Shown here: positions 41,181-52,900 of the stretch, piece by piece
How positions within the stretch are numbered: position 1 is the stretch's first letter
Layout: each line of letters starts with the position of its first letter
Assembly (NCBI GenBank): GCA_026026165.1
Contig: JAPEUD010000006.1
Coordinates: 496,001 to 560,000, forward strand
DNA length: 64,000 nucleotides
From: Sarea resinae
Taxonomy: Eukaryota
Direction: 5' to 3'
Notes under the pieces: generated by a model
What the model was told of the DNA's origin: nothing
The model's input: the letters and a program-made list of their open reading frames with translations, nothing else
Databases searched by the model: none
Translations under genes and position numbers: made by a program

Positions 41181-43710
41181 ATGTCGTCGACCAGCGAAAA
41201 CGAATCGAATGCAATGGCTTCGCCGCTTGGTTGGTATTCCTATCCTGATTGACAACTTTGACTGACATATTAACAGATCCTACACCTGAACCGCAACTCT
41301 CCACAAATACGTCTGACTCAACTCCGCTCGGGCAAGACTTCATTCCTGCTACCACTGCATCGCTTGACAAACTTCAAAATGATGAGCAGCGAAAGGTCCT
41401 CGACATTGTTGATTCGCTGCGACAGTGTGGACTGGAGGAGATCGTCTCCTTACCGCAGTTGGTCGTCTGCGGAGATCAGTCTTCGGGGAAAAGCTCGGTC
41501 CTCGAGGCAATCACTGAGATCCCGTTTCCTAGAAGAGAGAATCTTTGCACTCGTTTTGCTACTGAGATAGTCCTGCGCCGGGCTGCAAACCACTCTATCA
41601 GGACCAGAATCATTCCCGAAAAGTCAAGACCGAAGCACGAGCAAGATAAATTGGAACTTTTCAGAGAGTCTATCTCGGACTTTGACGAACTTCCTGGTCT
41701 GATCGATAAAGCCACGAAGCTCATGGGCATCGAAGAGGTCATTGACGGGACGCGAAAGGCTTTCGCCGGAGACGTTCTGAGCATTGAGATATCTGGACCC
41801 AATAGACCACAATTGACCTTGGTCGATCTTCCCGGTCTCATTCACTCAGAGAATAAGTTTGCAAACACGGAAGACATCCAGTTAGTGTCCAATCTTGTCG
41901 AACAATATATCTGTAATCCTCGGACAATCATCCTGGCAATTGTTTCAGCCCAGAATGATCATGCAAATCAGATCATCTTGAAGAGGGCCAGGATGTTCGA
42001 CAAGAAGGGAAGCAGGACACTAGGGATTATCACCAAGCCAGACGGACTTCATCCAGGCTCAGGCAACGAAAGCGCCTATATTGGTCTTGCGAAAAATGAG
42101 GATATTTTCTTCGCGCTCGGTTGGCATGTACTCAGGAACAGGGGCTTTCCTGAACGCCACGATAGCTTTGATCAGCGTAATCAATCCGAAAAGGCCTTTT
42201 TCAGCAAGGGTAGCTGGCAGAAATTGTCTTCTGACATGCTAGGGATCGAATCGCTCCGGGTCCGCTTGAGTGATCTTCTCTTCCAACATATCAAGTGGGA
42301 GCTTCCCAAGCTTCGAGAAGAGTTGAACAGAATTCATGATGAGACTGTTCGAGATCTACAAGCTTTGGGGAAGGAACGCTCCACAGTGGGCCAGCAAAAA
42401 GAGTACTTGATGCACCTCTGTCTGCAGTTCTACGACATTACTAGGGCGGGGGTCAACGGTCATTATGAATCCGACTACTTTGACAAGGTCAAGAGAACTA
42501 GGTCCTTTGGTTTTGCGCTTCATGAACGCCGACTGCGAGCCATGGTACAAGAACTGAACTTCAGGTTTGCGGAAGCGATGGGCAAAGCCGGGCATAAGTA
42601 TAGGATCAAGGGGCTGGCGTGCTTAGAGGACGATGATGCAGATGGAGATGATGAACCTCCGCAAGTTGTCGAGGCCATGAGCGAACAGGGCGAAGCCGAC
42701 GAGGATCAAGCCGACCACGATGAGAGCAACATCAGTTCGGAAGATGCTTCCGAAATATTGACTCGCTTGCCCAAAAACCTCAGTCGGTCTGATTCTCTTA
42801 GCTGGGTAAAGGAAATTCTTATCCGTACTCGAGGAAGGGAGCTGCCTGGAAACTTCAACCCTCTGCTCATCGGAGAGTTGTTCTGGGAACAATCCGAAAA
42901 TTGGCGAGAGCTGGCAGAGAACCATATCGAAGACGTCTCCAGACTCTGCGTCAACTTTGTCCAGGACTTACTCGAAGAGATCTGTCCTCCGGACGTCTGC
43001 TCCCGTCTTCAGACTTCAGCCATTGATGAGTCTCTAAGGCAGAGGCGGCTGGCTGGCGAAGACGAATTGGTCAAGCTCCTGAAAGACAGGAGACGTTATC
43101 CGATAACCTACAATCACTACTATACCACGGCAATCCAAAAGACGCGACGGAAAAAGCATCTGCCAGGGTTAGAGCAATGTCTACAAAGCGCAACAAGGAC
43201 CAGGAATATCTATCCCGGCAGGACTAGCACATTCAGACTGGCTGAGGAGGTGAAAGAGGTCGATAATGAGAAATTCCTTCGTTCTTTCGGCGAGAAGCTA
43301 GAGTTGGACATGGACAATCACTCGTGTAGCGATGCCCTTGATGATCTGCACGCCTTCTACAGAGTGAGTGTCTTTCCCTTGCATTACATCCCTCCTATTC
43401 AAATGCCCTCCTGCATCCATCACTTCCCCCAAAGAATCCTTTCGTTCCTAATCCTTCTCTCTTCAAAAAGGTTGCCCTCAAGACCTTCATCGACAACGTC
43501 ACGGTCCAAGTCGTCGAACGCCACATCGTCGACAAGCTCGAAGACGTCTTCTCGCCGCTGACCGTGAGCGCGTGGTCGGACGGCGAGGTGTCGGATCTCG
43601 TTGCCGAACCACCCACGACAGTCCGCCAGCGCGAGTATCTCAATAGCCGGAGACGCATGCTCGAGGACGGCAAGAAGGTCTTTCGGTCTGTCTTGAGAGG
43701 TCACGTATGA
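41181..43710 (+). CDS. Mx-like (fungal non-core) dynamin-family GTPase with C-terminal GED, 3 exons
   Basis: G1 GDQSSGKS (41471-41494), G2 CTRF, G3 DLPG, G4 TKPD, LGWHVLRNR, RGRELPGNFNP, PITYNHYYT. The last exon (VALKTFIDNVTVQVVERH...RQREYL) is GED-like. Introns near 41230-41276 and 43364-43470 keep the frame. Confidence 0.92.
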
Positions 43711-44089
43711 GTAGATTGTCTTTTTTTCATCTTGGTCCGTTTGGAGCTGGGTGGTTGAATTGGATGGAGATTGGGAGCGGGAACGGGAGTGGAAATGGGA
43801 GTGGAAAGGGGGATAGATCTGGGACCGGAAGTGGGACTGGATTTGGCATTGATTTGGAATCGGACTTGTGCTTAGATTCGTAACCAGCATGGGCGGCAAT
43901 GGAGATGTCGGATCATTAAGATTTTCCTTTGCCCTAAGTGAGGCCTTGCGAACAATAATGCCACCGGTGAGATAGTAAGTACGGCTCAGCTACCGTGACT
44001 ATGAGAATGTCAGTGGGAGAGATGGGGAGAGAGAGATTCTAAATACACAAGACACACTCTCAGTGGGAGGAGAGGTCCGGGTCCGGATC

Positions 44090-44385
44090 AGGTGTCTCTC
44101 TCTTCCTCACTTGGTTTGCTCATTTGCTTGTTTACTTGTCGAACTCACTTGCTTGTTTACTTGACTTGCTCACTTGCTCACTTGCTCACTCACTTATTTA
44201 TCTCCCTCACTTATTTTACTTATCTGTTTGTTCAAACTCACTTGCTTCCTTTCACTCACTCACTCCCTCCCTCCCTCCCTCCCTCCCTCCCTTACTCCTT
44301 TTCACCCTTTGTTGCTTTCCTGACAACCAAGAACTAAAGGGGCCTAGGGGCCCAGGGGCCCAGGGACCTAGGACCTAGGACCTGT
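44090..44385. repeat. Low-complexity (CACT/CTTG/CCCT)n tract and short GGG(A/C)CC(T/C)A repeats
   Basis: Directly visible degenerate short tandem repeats in the dynamin/F-box convergent intergenic region. Confidence 0.75.
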
Positions 44386-44565
44386 GCAAGAAACTAGTGT
44401 CAGATTTCACAGAGAGTAGAAACCTAAGCTTGAATTATACGTGTATATATAAACAAAGATTAGCAAACAAACAAACAAGTGAATAAATAAATAGAGAAAT
44501 GAACAGAAAGACGAAATGAATAAACTCGGGTTTATGGTATAAGGTATAGTAGGAGGAGGGGAGGG

Positions 44566-44624
44566 TAGGGTAAGGTAGGGTAAGGTAAGGTAGGGTAAGG
44601 TAGGGTAGGGTAGGGTAGGGTAGG
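44566..44624. repeat. (TAGGG/TAAGG)n pentamer array, about 12 units
   Basis: Directly visible; followed by (CTAG)n and, further on, (GAT)n. Confidence 0.9.
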
Positions 44625-45060
44625 CTAGCTAGCTAGCTAGTATCTATGATTACCTTGGGCGAAAAGGTGTAAAGGAAGGGATTAAGGTTGAATGTATTAA
44701 GGTTGAATGGACGACGACGATGATGATAGTGATGATGATGATGATGATGATGATGGCAGTAATGTGTATACGTCTGTAGGGACTACTGATTGATGCAAAC
44801 GTTTGATTATTATTATTGGAGCTAAAAATGTCTATGTCATGGAACTTTTCAGAGGACTGTATGTGTGTAGTGTGTAGCGGCCAAGTGATAAAGCCAGAAT
44901 CGCATCCCTTTACTTCACTTCACTCCACTTCCGTCCGCTAGGCTGTTCGGTTTAGAGTGTGGCTGTGACCAACAGAGCTCCTTCGGATAGCCGGCTGGCT
45001 GGCTGGCTGACGACGACGACGCTTCGAAGAAATATCAGAGAATCGGCCGCCTTCACAGCT

Positions 45061-46491
45061 CTATTCTGACCACTTCACGGCGCTCCTCTTCCACGTGCTC
45101 ATCCCCTCGATTTGCCAGCCACCCAAGTACCGGGGAGAAGCAAATTGGCTCGGGGGGTCTGGCTGGAGCACATATCCCAAGATAGGCAGAGCTTTCTCCA
45201 CGCCTCCGGTATAGATATCCAGCGTCTGGAAGTACTCGGCCGATGTCGTATACAGTACTAGACCTTCGAGGTTGTCCATGAGCGAATCATACATGTCGTC
45301 GATTTCCATCCAGGGATCGCGCGGCTCGGCGCGGGCGAAACGGGCTCCCTGGTCGAAGAGGTTGTCGATGTCCATGGGGTCGGGTTGGAACCGCACCGTC
45401 AGCGTGGTGAGATTGGGGAGGTTGGAGGGAGTGAGGAGGAAGTCTAGGGCGACCTGTTGGCATGCGAGCGGGAATATGGCAATGTATGTGAGAGCCCGAA
45501 GCCTGGAGAGGAAAGAGAGGGGTAGATCGGGATGCGAATCAGCAGCGACGAGGGCGGCCGACGCATCTGGGATGTGATGAAGAGTTGGATGAGAAGGGCC
45601 ATGGATGCGGCTGAGTGGTTCGATGATTGATGGTTGGACTTTTCGGACATATTCGTCGGTGCTGTATGCAAGCATCGATGAGCCTTCGCTCAAAGTCAAA
45701 GACGTCCAAGAGTAAGACGTGAGAATTTCGCTCGTAGAAGCAGGATGGGGCGGCGGCGAGGCACGTGAGGATGTTGGCGCCCTCTGGGTTAACTGAACTG
45801 CATGCAGGGGTTGGTCGAATGCCCAAGCATCACACCCGGTGGTGGTCGAGCGCAGGGGCAGGTTCAGGAGCGACGCGAGCGTTGAGGGTGGAGCGACGAT
45901 GGTGAGCTGAGTGGGACAGACGAAGGAGAGAATCTGCGGCCATACAAGTGCTCCAAGGCTGTTGGAGTCGCAGAATATGGGAATCCGTGCCTCGCCCGTC
46001 GTACGAGACCGAGAAAGAGATGGAGTCAGGTATGCCGCATCTGATACATCCGTCCAAGTGGAGATGAGAAAGGAAGAGACACAGCAAAGGAGGCCATGAG
46101 TGGTGAGAAACTGTTCGAGAGCCGCGATGTCTTGGGACAGTGTTGGGGGGAGTGAACTTGTATGATGTGCTAAGCAGCACGGATATTCATCTTGGTCTTC
46201 GTCTTCCGGACCGTGCGTGAGAGAAGATTTCTTGCACCAGCCTTCATGAAGGGATGATTCAAGCTTCAGTGACAAAGCGAGCCAGGTATGTTTGAACAGG
46301 TGCGGTAAGACCAATTGACGAAAATACTGCGAGACCAGGGAGACTTGTTTTATGCTGCTCTTGTGGTAGGGACGAGGTGCGAGGACGTATCGAGGCTCGC
46401 GGATGATGTTTCTCACTGAACAGGGAGCCTGGCCAAGGAAAGAAAAGACACGGTCGAGGATCTCCACCGGCAGATCTATCAGGGTTGGCAT
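45061..46491 (-). CDS. F-box domain protein, intronless, 476 aa
   Basis: N-terminal LIDLPVEILDRVFSFL...IKQVSLVSQYFRQLVLPHLF fits the F-box consensus. The ORF is long and uninterrupted. Confidence 0.82.
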   Translation of the reverse strand: MPTLIDLPVEILDRVFSFLGQAPCSVRNIIREPRYVLAPRPYHKSSIKQVSLVSQYFRQLVLPHLFKHTWLALSLKLESSLHEGWCKKSSLTHGPEDEDQDEYPCCLAHHTSSLPPTLSQDIAALEQFLTTHGLLCCVSSFLISTWTDVSDAAYLTPSLSRSRTTGEARIPIFCDSNSLGALVWPQILSFVCPTQLTIVAPPSTLASLLNLPLRSTTTGCDAWAFDQPLHAVQLTQRAPTSSRASPPPHPASTSEILTSYSWTSLTLSEGSSMLAYSTDEYVRKVQPSIIEPLSRIHGPSHPTLHHIPDASAALVAADSHPDLPLSFLSRLRALTYIAIFPLACQQVALDFLLTPSNLPNLTTLTVRFQPDPMDIDNLFDQGARFARAEPRDPWMEIDDMYDSLMDNLEGLVLYTTSAEYFQTLDIYTGGVEKALPILGYVLQPDPPSQFASPRYLGGWQIEGMSTWKRSAVKWSE

Positions 46492-46997
46492 CTTTGAATC
46501 GATGCCGTGCAGCTTTGTGAGATGGTTTGTTGAAGAAATGGTAATGCGAAAGCGTGGCGGAGAGAGTTGTGCGAGAGTGTATATCCGAAGATATCAGAGG
46601 GAGGTGGAGATCCGTCCAATTTATAGGCTCGGTCAGGAGCCATCTTGCTCATGCAGACTTCACAGCATTGAATCTCTATGAGGATGAATGGTGCATTGAA
46701 GCAACAATTAACGGAACAAAAGTATGGCGGGGTGGCCTATCACGTTTGTATCTAATCATATCAGATTCGATGACGTCAAATCTGAATACAAACAGACTTC
46801 CAGATGCAGCAACTACAGGTACGCTGTACCTGACCCGGAGTAAACTTACCTGACGACCTCGAAAAATACGAGACTATGCACGTAATTGTATTCTACTTTG
46901 CAGATACGTGCCTGTCTATCTATCTAGATTGTCTCGACATGGCAATCATGTCTGCCTTGTTCCATACTATACTTGTCCGCGAGGACCACTTATCGCC

Positions 46998-49900
46998 CTA
47001 GAGAGATAGATCCTGCAACATGTCCACCAGCTTTCGATTCCTTGCCTCAAACTCCTCACAGTAAGACTTGAGCATCTTAGCTTGATGCATCTGCGCTACA
47101 ATCCTAATGTCCTGCACATTATCGGGTCGAACATAAACGGTTGCATGCCTAAGGATATGCTGTTCGACCTTCTCGTGGAGAGCGGAAACAAGTAGGCGGT
47201 CAGTGTCTACAAGAAGATCAAGAAGAAAATCCAGGCTCGTTGCGATGGATTCATTGTCGTTGGCGTCGCTAAGGACGGGCCAGTCGATGTGGTTAGTATA
47301 AGCCCAAGCAACGATAGCTTCCAGACTGTTTGCTGTCATGTCTTCAAGCTCAATTGGGACTCCCGTGTCTAGATTGGCGGACCATGGACCCGAGAACTGG
47401 GCGTCGCAGTACGGGGAATAGATTGCTAGGATGCTACGGTGAGCGTAAATTATTTTGCCTGAGACGGAGAAAATGGCGTCGCAGTAATTTCCAGTCTCGC
47501 GTTGGCGCGCGAGCTTGGCCATAGTGGCAGTGGCAGAGGGCTCCGAGAATCTAGTTTCATTTCCAGAAGGCAGAGAAATGTCCGGGCGATAAACAGAGGC
47601 ACAGCCTAAAGCTCTAAGGAGCATTTCGTAGGGTGCGAGGAATGGTCTAACATATCGAATTGGAAGTGCATCAACGGGCGTATGGAGACATAAATGTTCA
47701 ATCGCTGTGAGGCTTTCTTTCACGTGTTTTATTCCCACGCTGGAAAGGTCGGTGGTGCTTAGATTGAGCCAAACTTTGGCTTGCTTTGCACCAGGGATGC
47801 TAGTGAGGAGGTCTGACGACTTTTGTAGAAAGCTATATGAGGCCTGGACGTCTTTAAGGATCTCTTGGAGGTCAGAGGAGACATACGTTCTCGTGGTTTC
47901 ATCCTCGTTGAACAGCGATATGAGATACCGCAGATGCTCCCATACTTGCTTGGTTGAGGGTGCGCCCTGATTGGAGACCTTTGAATAAACGTAGTCACAA
48001 GGCTCAATCTCAAGCGTTGGCGCCTGTGACCAAGAGACTCTGCTGTGCTTTGACTGAATGCTCTCGTCCAAGCTCCAAACCCAGTATTTGCTTGCTATAG
48101 CTAACATCCTATCTCGGCGATAGGAGCGTTCAGAAGAGAAATCCGTCCGCGCTGGGAAGATCGGGGAGCTAGCAATTAAATCCCAGGTATCACTCTTCCA
48201 GTCATGTATTGAGTGATTGTCCCAACGAAGATGGGAAAGGACTGTCTGGGCATCAGCAAGATAGTCAGATTGAGCAGCTTCTTCCATCATCCTTCTAGCT
48301 AGTGCCTCAATGCATTCGAGATACGCTCCTTCGGTGAAGCTACCATGCCCATCCCGTCGGCGAAGACCCGATTCACACCAGAAACGATAAAGATCGCAAA
48401 ACTTTTGATGAATGAAATGCGAACTCTTCTCTTTCCGGAAAGCCGCAGTGAAGACGGCGTCATGGTGGTCGTAGATATGTTCGATCGAACGTAGACAGCC
48501 GTCTCGGGTGGGGGCGACCCTAGCTCCGTAAAGTTCGCCAAAGCCTTGTGTGAAAAGGTGATGAATGTAATCATGATAAATATCCTCATTTTCGGGGGCA
48601 AGATAAGAGGGTTGAAGCTCGAGGTTTCGATCCACTATGCTTGCTGTTGACAGGAAAACCAAGCCAAGCTTTTCAAGCTGAGCGAAATGGTTCACGGCGT
48701 ATACAGGATCCATAAATCGATCTAGATGCTCTGTCCATGGAAGGAGTATCCTGGCTGACTCACAAGCAAGGAGCTTTCGAGCGGTGATGTACCGGATATC
48801 CCCTCCTATATGTAATGGCCAGATCGGCATTTCTCTCAATTCTGTATATAGGGCCCGGGTTGGTTCGGATTCAAGATAATGAAGGACAATTCCTTGCAAC
48901 ATCTAAATTCAATATGTGCTGTTAGCAAGCGCAATTCTCCCTAATCCTACGAAAACGAACAGTATAAGACTCACTTTCGGGTCGAATTTATCAAGCTGCT
49001 TTCTAAGAAAGTCTTCCAATGCTATCTCATCCTTCCTTGCTAATGCAAGACAGGAGCGCACAAATCGACCAAGTGATTCCGAAGAGAAAAGAGTCTCCTC
49101 CATGAGGAAACTTGGAAGTAGCTCACGATCAATAATTATTAAGCCTGAGATTCTTCGACATAATATAGACTGGTCGTGATCATTAGGTTCAAAAACACAT
49201 GGGGAATCGTTGATCGTGGCTGGGCAAATATGAAGTGCTTCTGTGCCCCTCTTTGCTGGATATATTGGTAGATCGAAGAGATTGTATCGCACCAAATATT
49301 CATGCAGAGTCGCCTTTGCTGAACCGGATTGGATTTCTTTTTCAAGGGCCTTGTTGAAAAGAGACCAGAATTTTGGTAGCCACAACCTTCGGGATTCAGA
49401 AGATTCTAGCATCGGAGATTTAGGAAGTCTCATAAGAGCGCCTAAATCCGAAATTGACAGTGGCCTAACATTGATCTTCTTCGAATTGAGTAAGCCTTTG
49501 ATTTGCTTCGGGGTCCGATTTTCAGCGCCAATATAAAGGGCCTTCTGATCGACAAACTTTTCGGGAGCGAAGTCAAAAACCTGATAGTCGTCTTCTGAGG
49601 CTAGGAAGAAAGTGTCCGTCGAGCCACTCGCATCTGCTATTGTACCCAGAGCGCCGTTGCGGAGAGGAAGAATTCTGCAGCCGACCAGCCGAGTAAAATA
49701 AGATTGATCATCGTAACCCTTGCCCTCTATCGTCGCTCTCTTCAGATTTTCGGTCAAAATGTATTCAAGCAAATCCGGTAATAGCTCTTTGTCGGCAGCT
49801 CTGCGAATCTGAAGGATTTGACAGGCGTCTTCGCCCTTGAAGGTCTGGCAAAGGTAAAGGCCGTCGATCCAGGTACCCTTGGCAGCAGAGATCGCAGCTG

Positions 49901-52900
49901 TGAGCTGGGCTGCCATCCCGAGTGGTAAGGGGACAAAGCTGTTGCAGAGCTCACGCAACAGCACTTCCAGACGTATCGTGCTTCTATGTGAGTTTAGGAA
50001 CTCGGCCGTTCTCAGGGTAGCAACCTGAACAGGTCTACGAGTTTTGCTACGAGCTAGTAAGGGGTTTATGACGATCTCTGGCACCTTGACGGGAAAAAGC
50101 TGTAGATTAAAAGAGCTCGCCTCTGCGAGTATCTCCCAGAAAGCCGTTCGAACTGTCTCTGAATATTGATCCTCTGCCTTCCATATTTTGGTAGGCCAAA
50201 AGTTCCTGTATATTGAATCTGGAAAGCTGCGCGCTAGCTGTTCTAGTAAGCTCAAGTATAGCCGGGGAATACAGGACTTTAGTAGCCACTGATTCCATTT
50301 TGATTCGTCTCGTCTAGCAGAATCATTGATCGGAATCGTCTGCCGGTCTCCCGTTATCATGAAGCTTCCGTGGATCGACACTGGCAAAGCGGTGGAAAAA
50401 GGCATTGGTAGAGTGCAGAAAACCCTTTGTGGCTTCCCCGGTAGTGAAACACACGCCGCAACCCCGCATTCAGTGAATTTCTGAGCCCTTCTGAATGGAG
50501 GAGCGATACCTTCGGGCTATTGAGTGTTAGTTTTGATTAGGCTCGAACTTATAGACCTTTGTACTTACAACGTTATCAAGGTCTTGGATAGCCACGTACC
50601 ACTTCTCGGTACCCTGTGCTTTACGCCCTTCGATGCCACCGGAGTAGTCTAGGTAGACTGGGCTGATAAAATTGGAAAGCTTCATTTCGCGTCCAACTTT
50701 AGTTGACCAGATTGGACAATCTTCGCCTCTGATACGAAAGCTGATCTGGCATATATTTCTTAGGAAGAGCAGGGATTGCCGAGCAGTAGGAAAATACTCC
50801 TCAAGCTCGCGCCTTGCAGAAGCTGGGCCAATGTGTTCGGTTCTTTCAGTCAGATGCGTAACGCTGCCGGCCTTCCGCAAAGGGAATCGGAAGAGGGTGC
50901 CGTTGTAGTAATCCTCATCCTTAAATCCGAAAAGTCCTGAAAATGGAGCCAGCTGGTCGCGAGAATACTCGCGGACAGACTTGAGTGGCAGCTTGAGACC
51001 TTGCATTCGCGATGAGCCAGATTTTCTCTTGGGTAGCAGTTCCTGTTGCGGATCTAGAATCACAAGGTACTTCCCCGAAATGAGCATGGGCGTATCTGTG
51101 AAATGATACGCTGTAATGGCACCGCGACCGAACATCCCAATCGCTCCAGCATCGTCCCTCTTGCTTCCTTTGCCGATGTTTTTGAAGCCAGCGAAGTCCT
51201 TGTCAGAAAAGACCCCGTCATTATGAACGAATATGGCTGCACCTTGCGATATAGCCAATCCCTCACTCAACAATTCAGTCTGTGCATGCTGCTCGTTATC
51301 CAACAGCCATGTCACATTGGTTGCACATCCACAATCTTCAGCATTTGCAAGGTATTCAGAGAACGTGGTTTGAATGGGGTATCGCTCCAGAGTATTTGAT
51401 ATGACTGTCGTGATTGACTCTTGTTGAATGTATTCATCTCCATCATCGTCATGAAGAGCGAGCTGGCCGCGTATGCAGGCTTCCCGAATTCCATCGATTT
51501 GCAAGTCTTTAGCAAGGCTGGCAGGGATAGCGGAGTGTACAAACTTTGTACCATCTGTCTCACCCAAGAGGCTGGGATCTCCGTGGGTCAATTGACTCAG
51601 TGGCACTAACATGCCTTGCTCATCCGGGATCATAAGATCTGTTAACGCATCTCTGGCACCTCGAGTAGCTCGCGGATGATCCTTCACCATCATTGTGACC
51701 AGTTTGATGAAGACCTGCAAATCCCTTTCCCCTAAAGGCCCTATTTTGCTGAGCTTTTCCTGGAGCTCGAATAAATCCTCGAGAGTAGGTCTGTTTCGAA
51801 TACCTAATCTCTTTAATAATTTTGGATGCACGAGCGAGAAGTGCCTGTCGACGTCATCTAAGTGTGGTGCAATATCGTACCGGGTATAATCCTTTTCCGC
51901 TAGAAAGGTATGCCGTGGCAGAAAGTATCGCGAACTACTGCCCAAGATACACTGCCTTTCTTTCAGCAAATCAGCGTAAACATCGATCCTAGCATCTGAT
52001 TCCATATAGCTGATAATCTTGTCAACATCAGCTTCCTGTTTGGCCGCAATAGAAAGTTCCAACTGTTTGAGGATCAGCTTCGGCTCAATCGGTTTGTCCC
52101 ATCCCAAAGGGAGAACCCAGGTTGGATCGATAGGAAAGTCCAGAACACCCAGCACGTGGGATACTAAGCTCTCTTGGTCTTTCCCGCGGCACTCGTGGCT
52201 TCGGATCAACTTGAAGCCTTCGGGTACTGTGGGTTGCTTTACAGGTAGCCAAAAGAACTGTCGCAAGTCTCTTTGGGATGTCTCATCGATTAGCATCTCC
52301 TCTGGGCACTTCAGCTGCAAGAGAGACCTAATTTTCTCTTCGACCTGTGGTCTTCCGCATGTTGAGTAGAAGGCAACCCGTTCCAGAACAATCTGCTTCG
52401 TCAGCGCCGTTCGTATCCCGTTTCCTGCCAGCCAGTTTTGATACCGAGCAAAGAACTCTGAATCAGGATGAACATCTTCATCTTCGAAATAGAGTGAGCG
52501 GAGAGACGTTGCATTTGGACTAATGATATCCCTTGGACATGCGTATCTCTTCTCTGCATCCGGGAATCTCGACAACGGTACAATGGGCAGAGAATCGATG
52601 GCTATCTTCCATGCCTTGGACCGCACACAATGCTCAAATATAAAGTCGATGAGGACGTCCTTGACCGCCGTCGAAATGTTCGGTACTTGATGATTCAGCG
52701 CCGGGAGCACATACTGATTCACAAGTTGTTTGAGTGATAATCGGGAGACAGCGCCATCCAATTCTTCGACGATAGAGGACGTTGAAGGGTAAGAGATATC
52801 TATGAATGTGACATCACGCGCAGGAGGCGCGACTGGCAGCATACCAATGGCTACGTAAGTTGTGTCCTCGACGAGAGAAGTCCATTCATACCCCAGAGAA

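Noticed and set aside
44566..44624. True telomere
   Set aside because: The array is short, internal and pentameric rather than TTAGGG, with intact genes on both sides.
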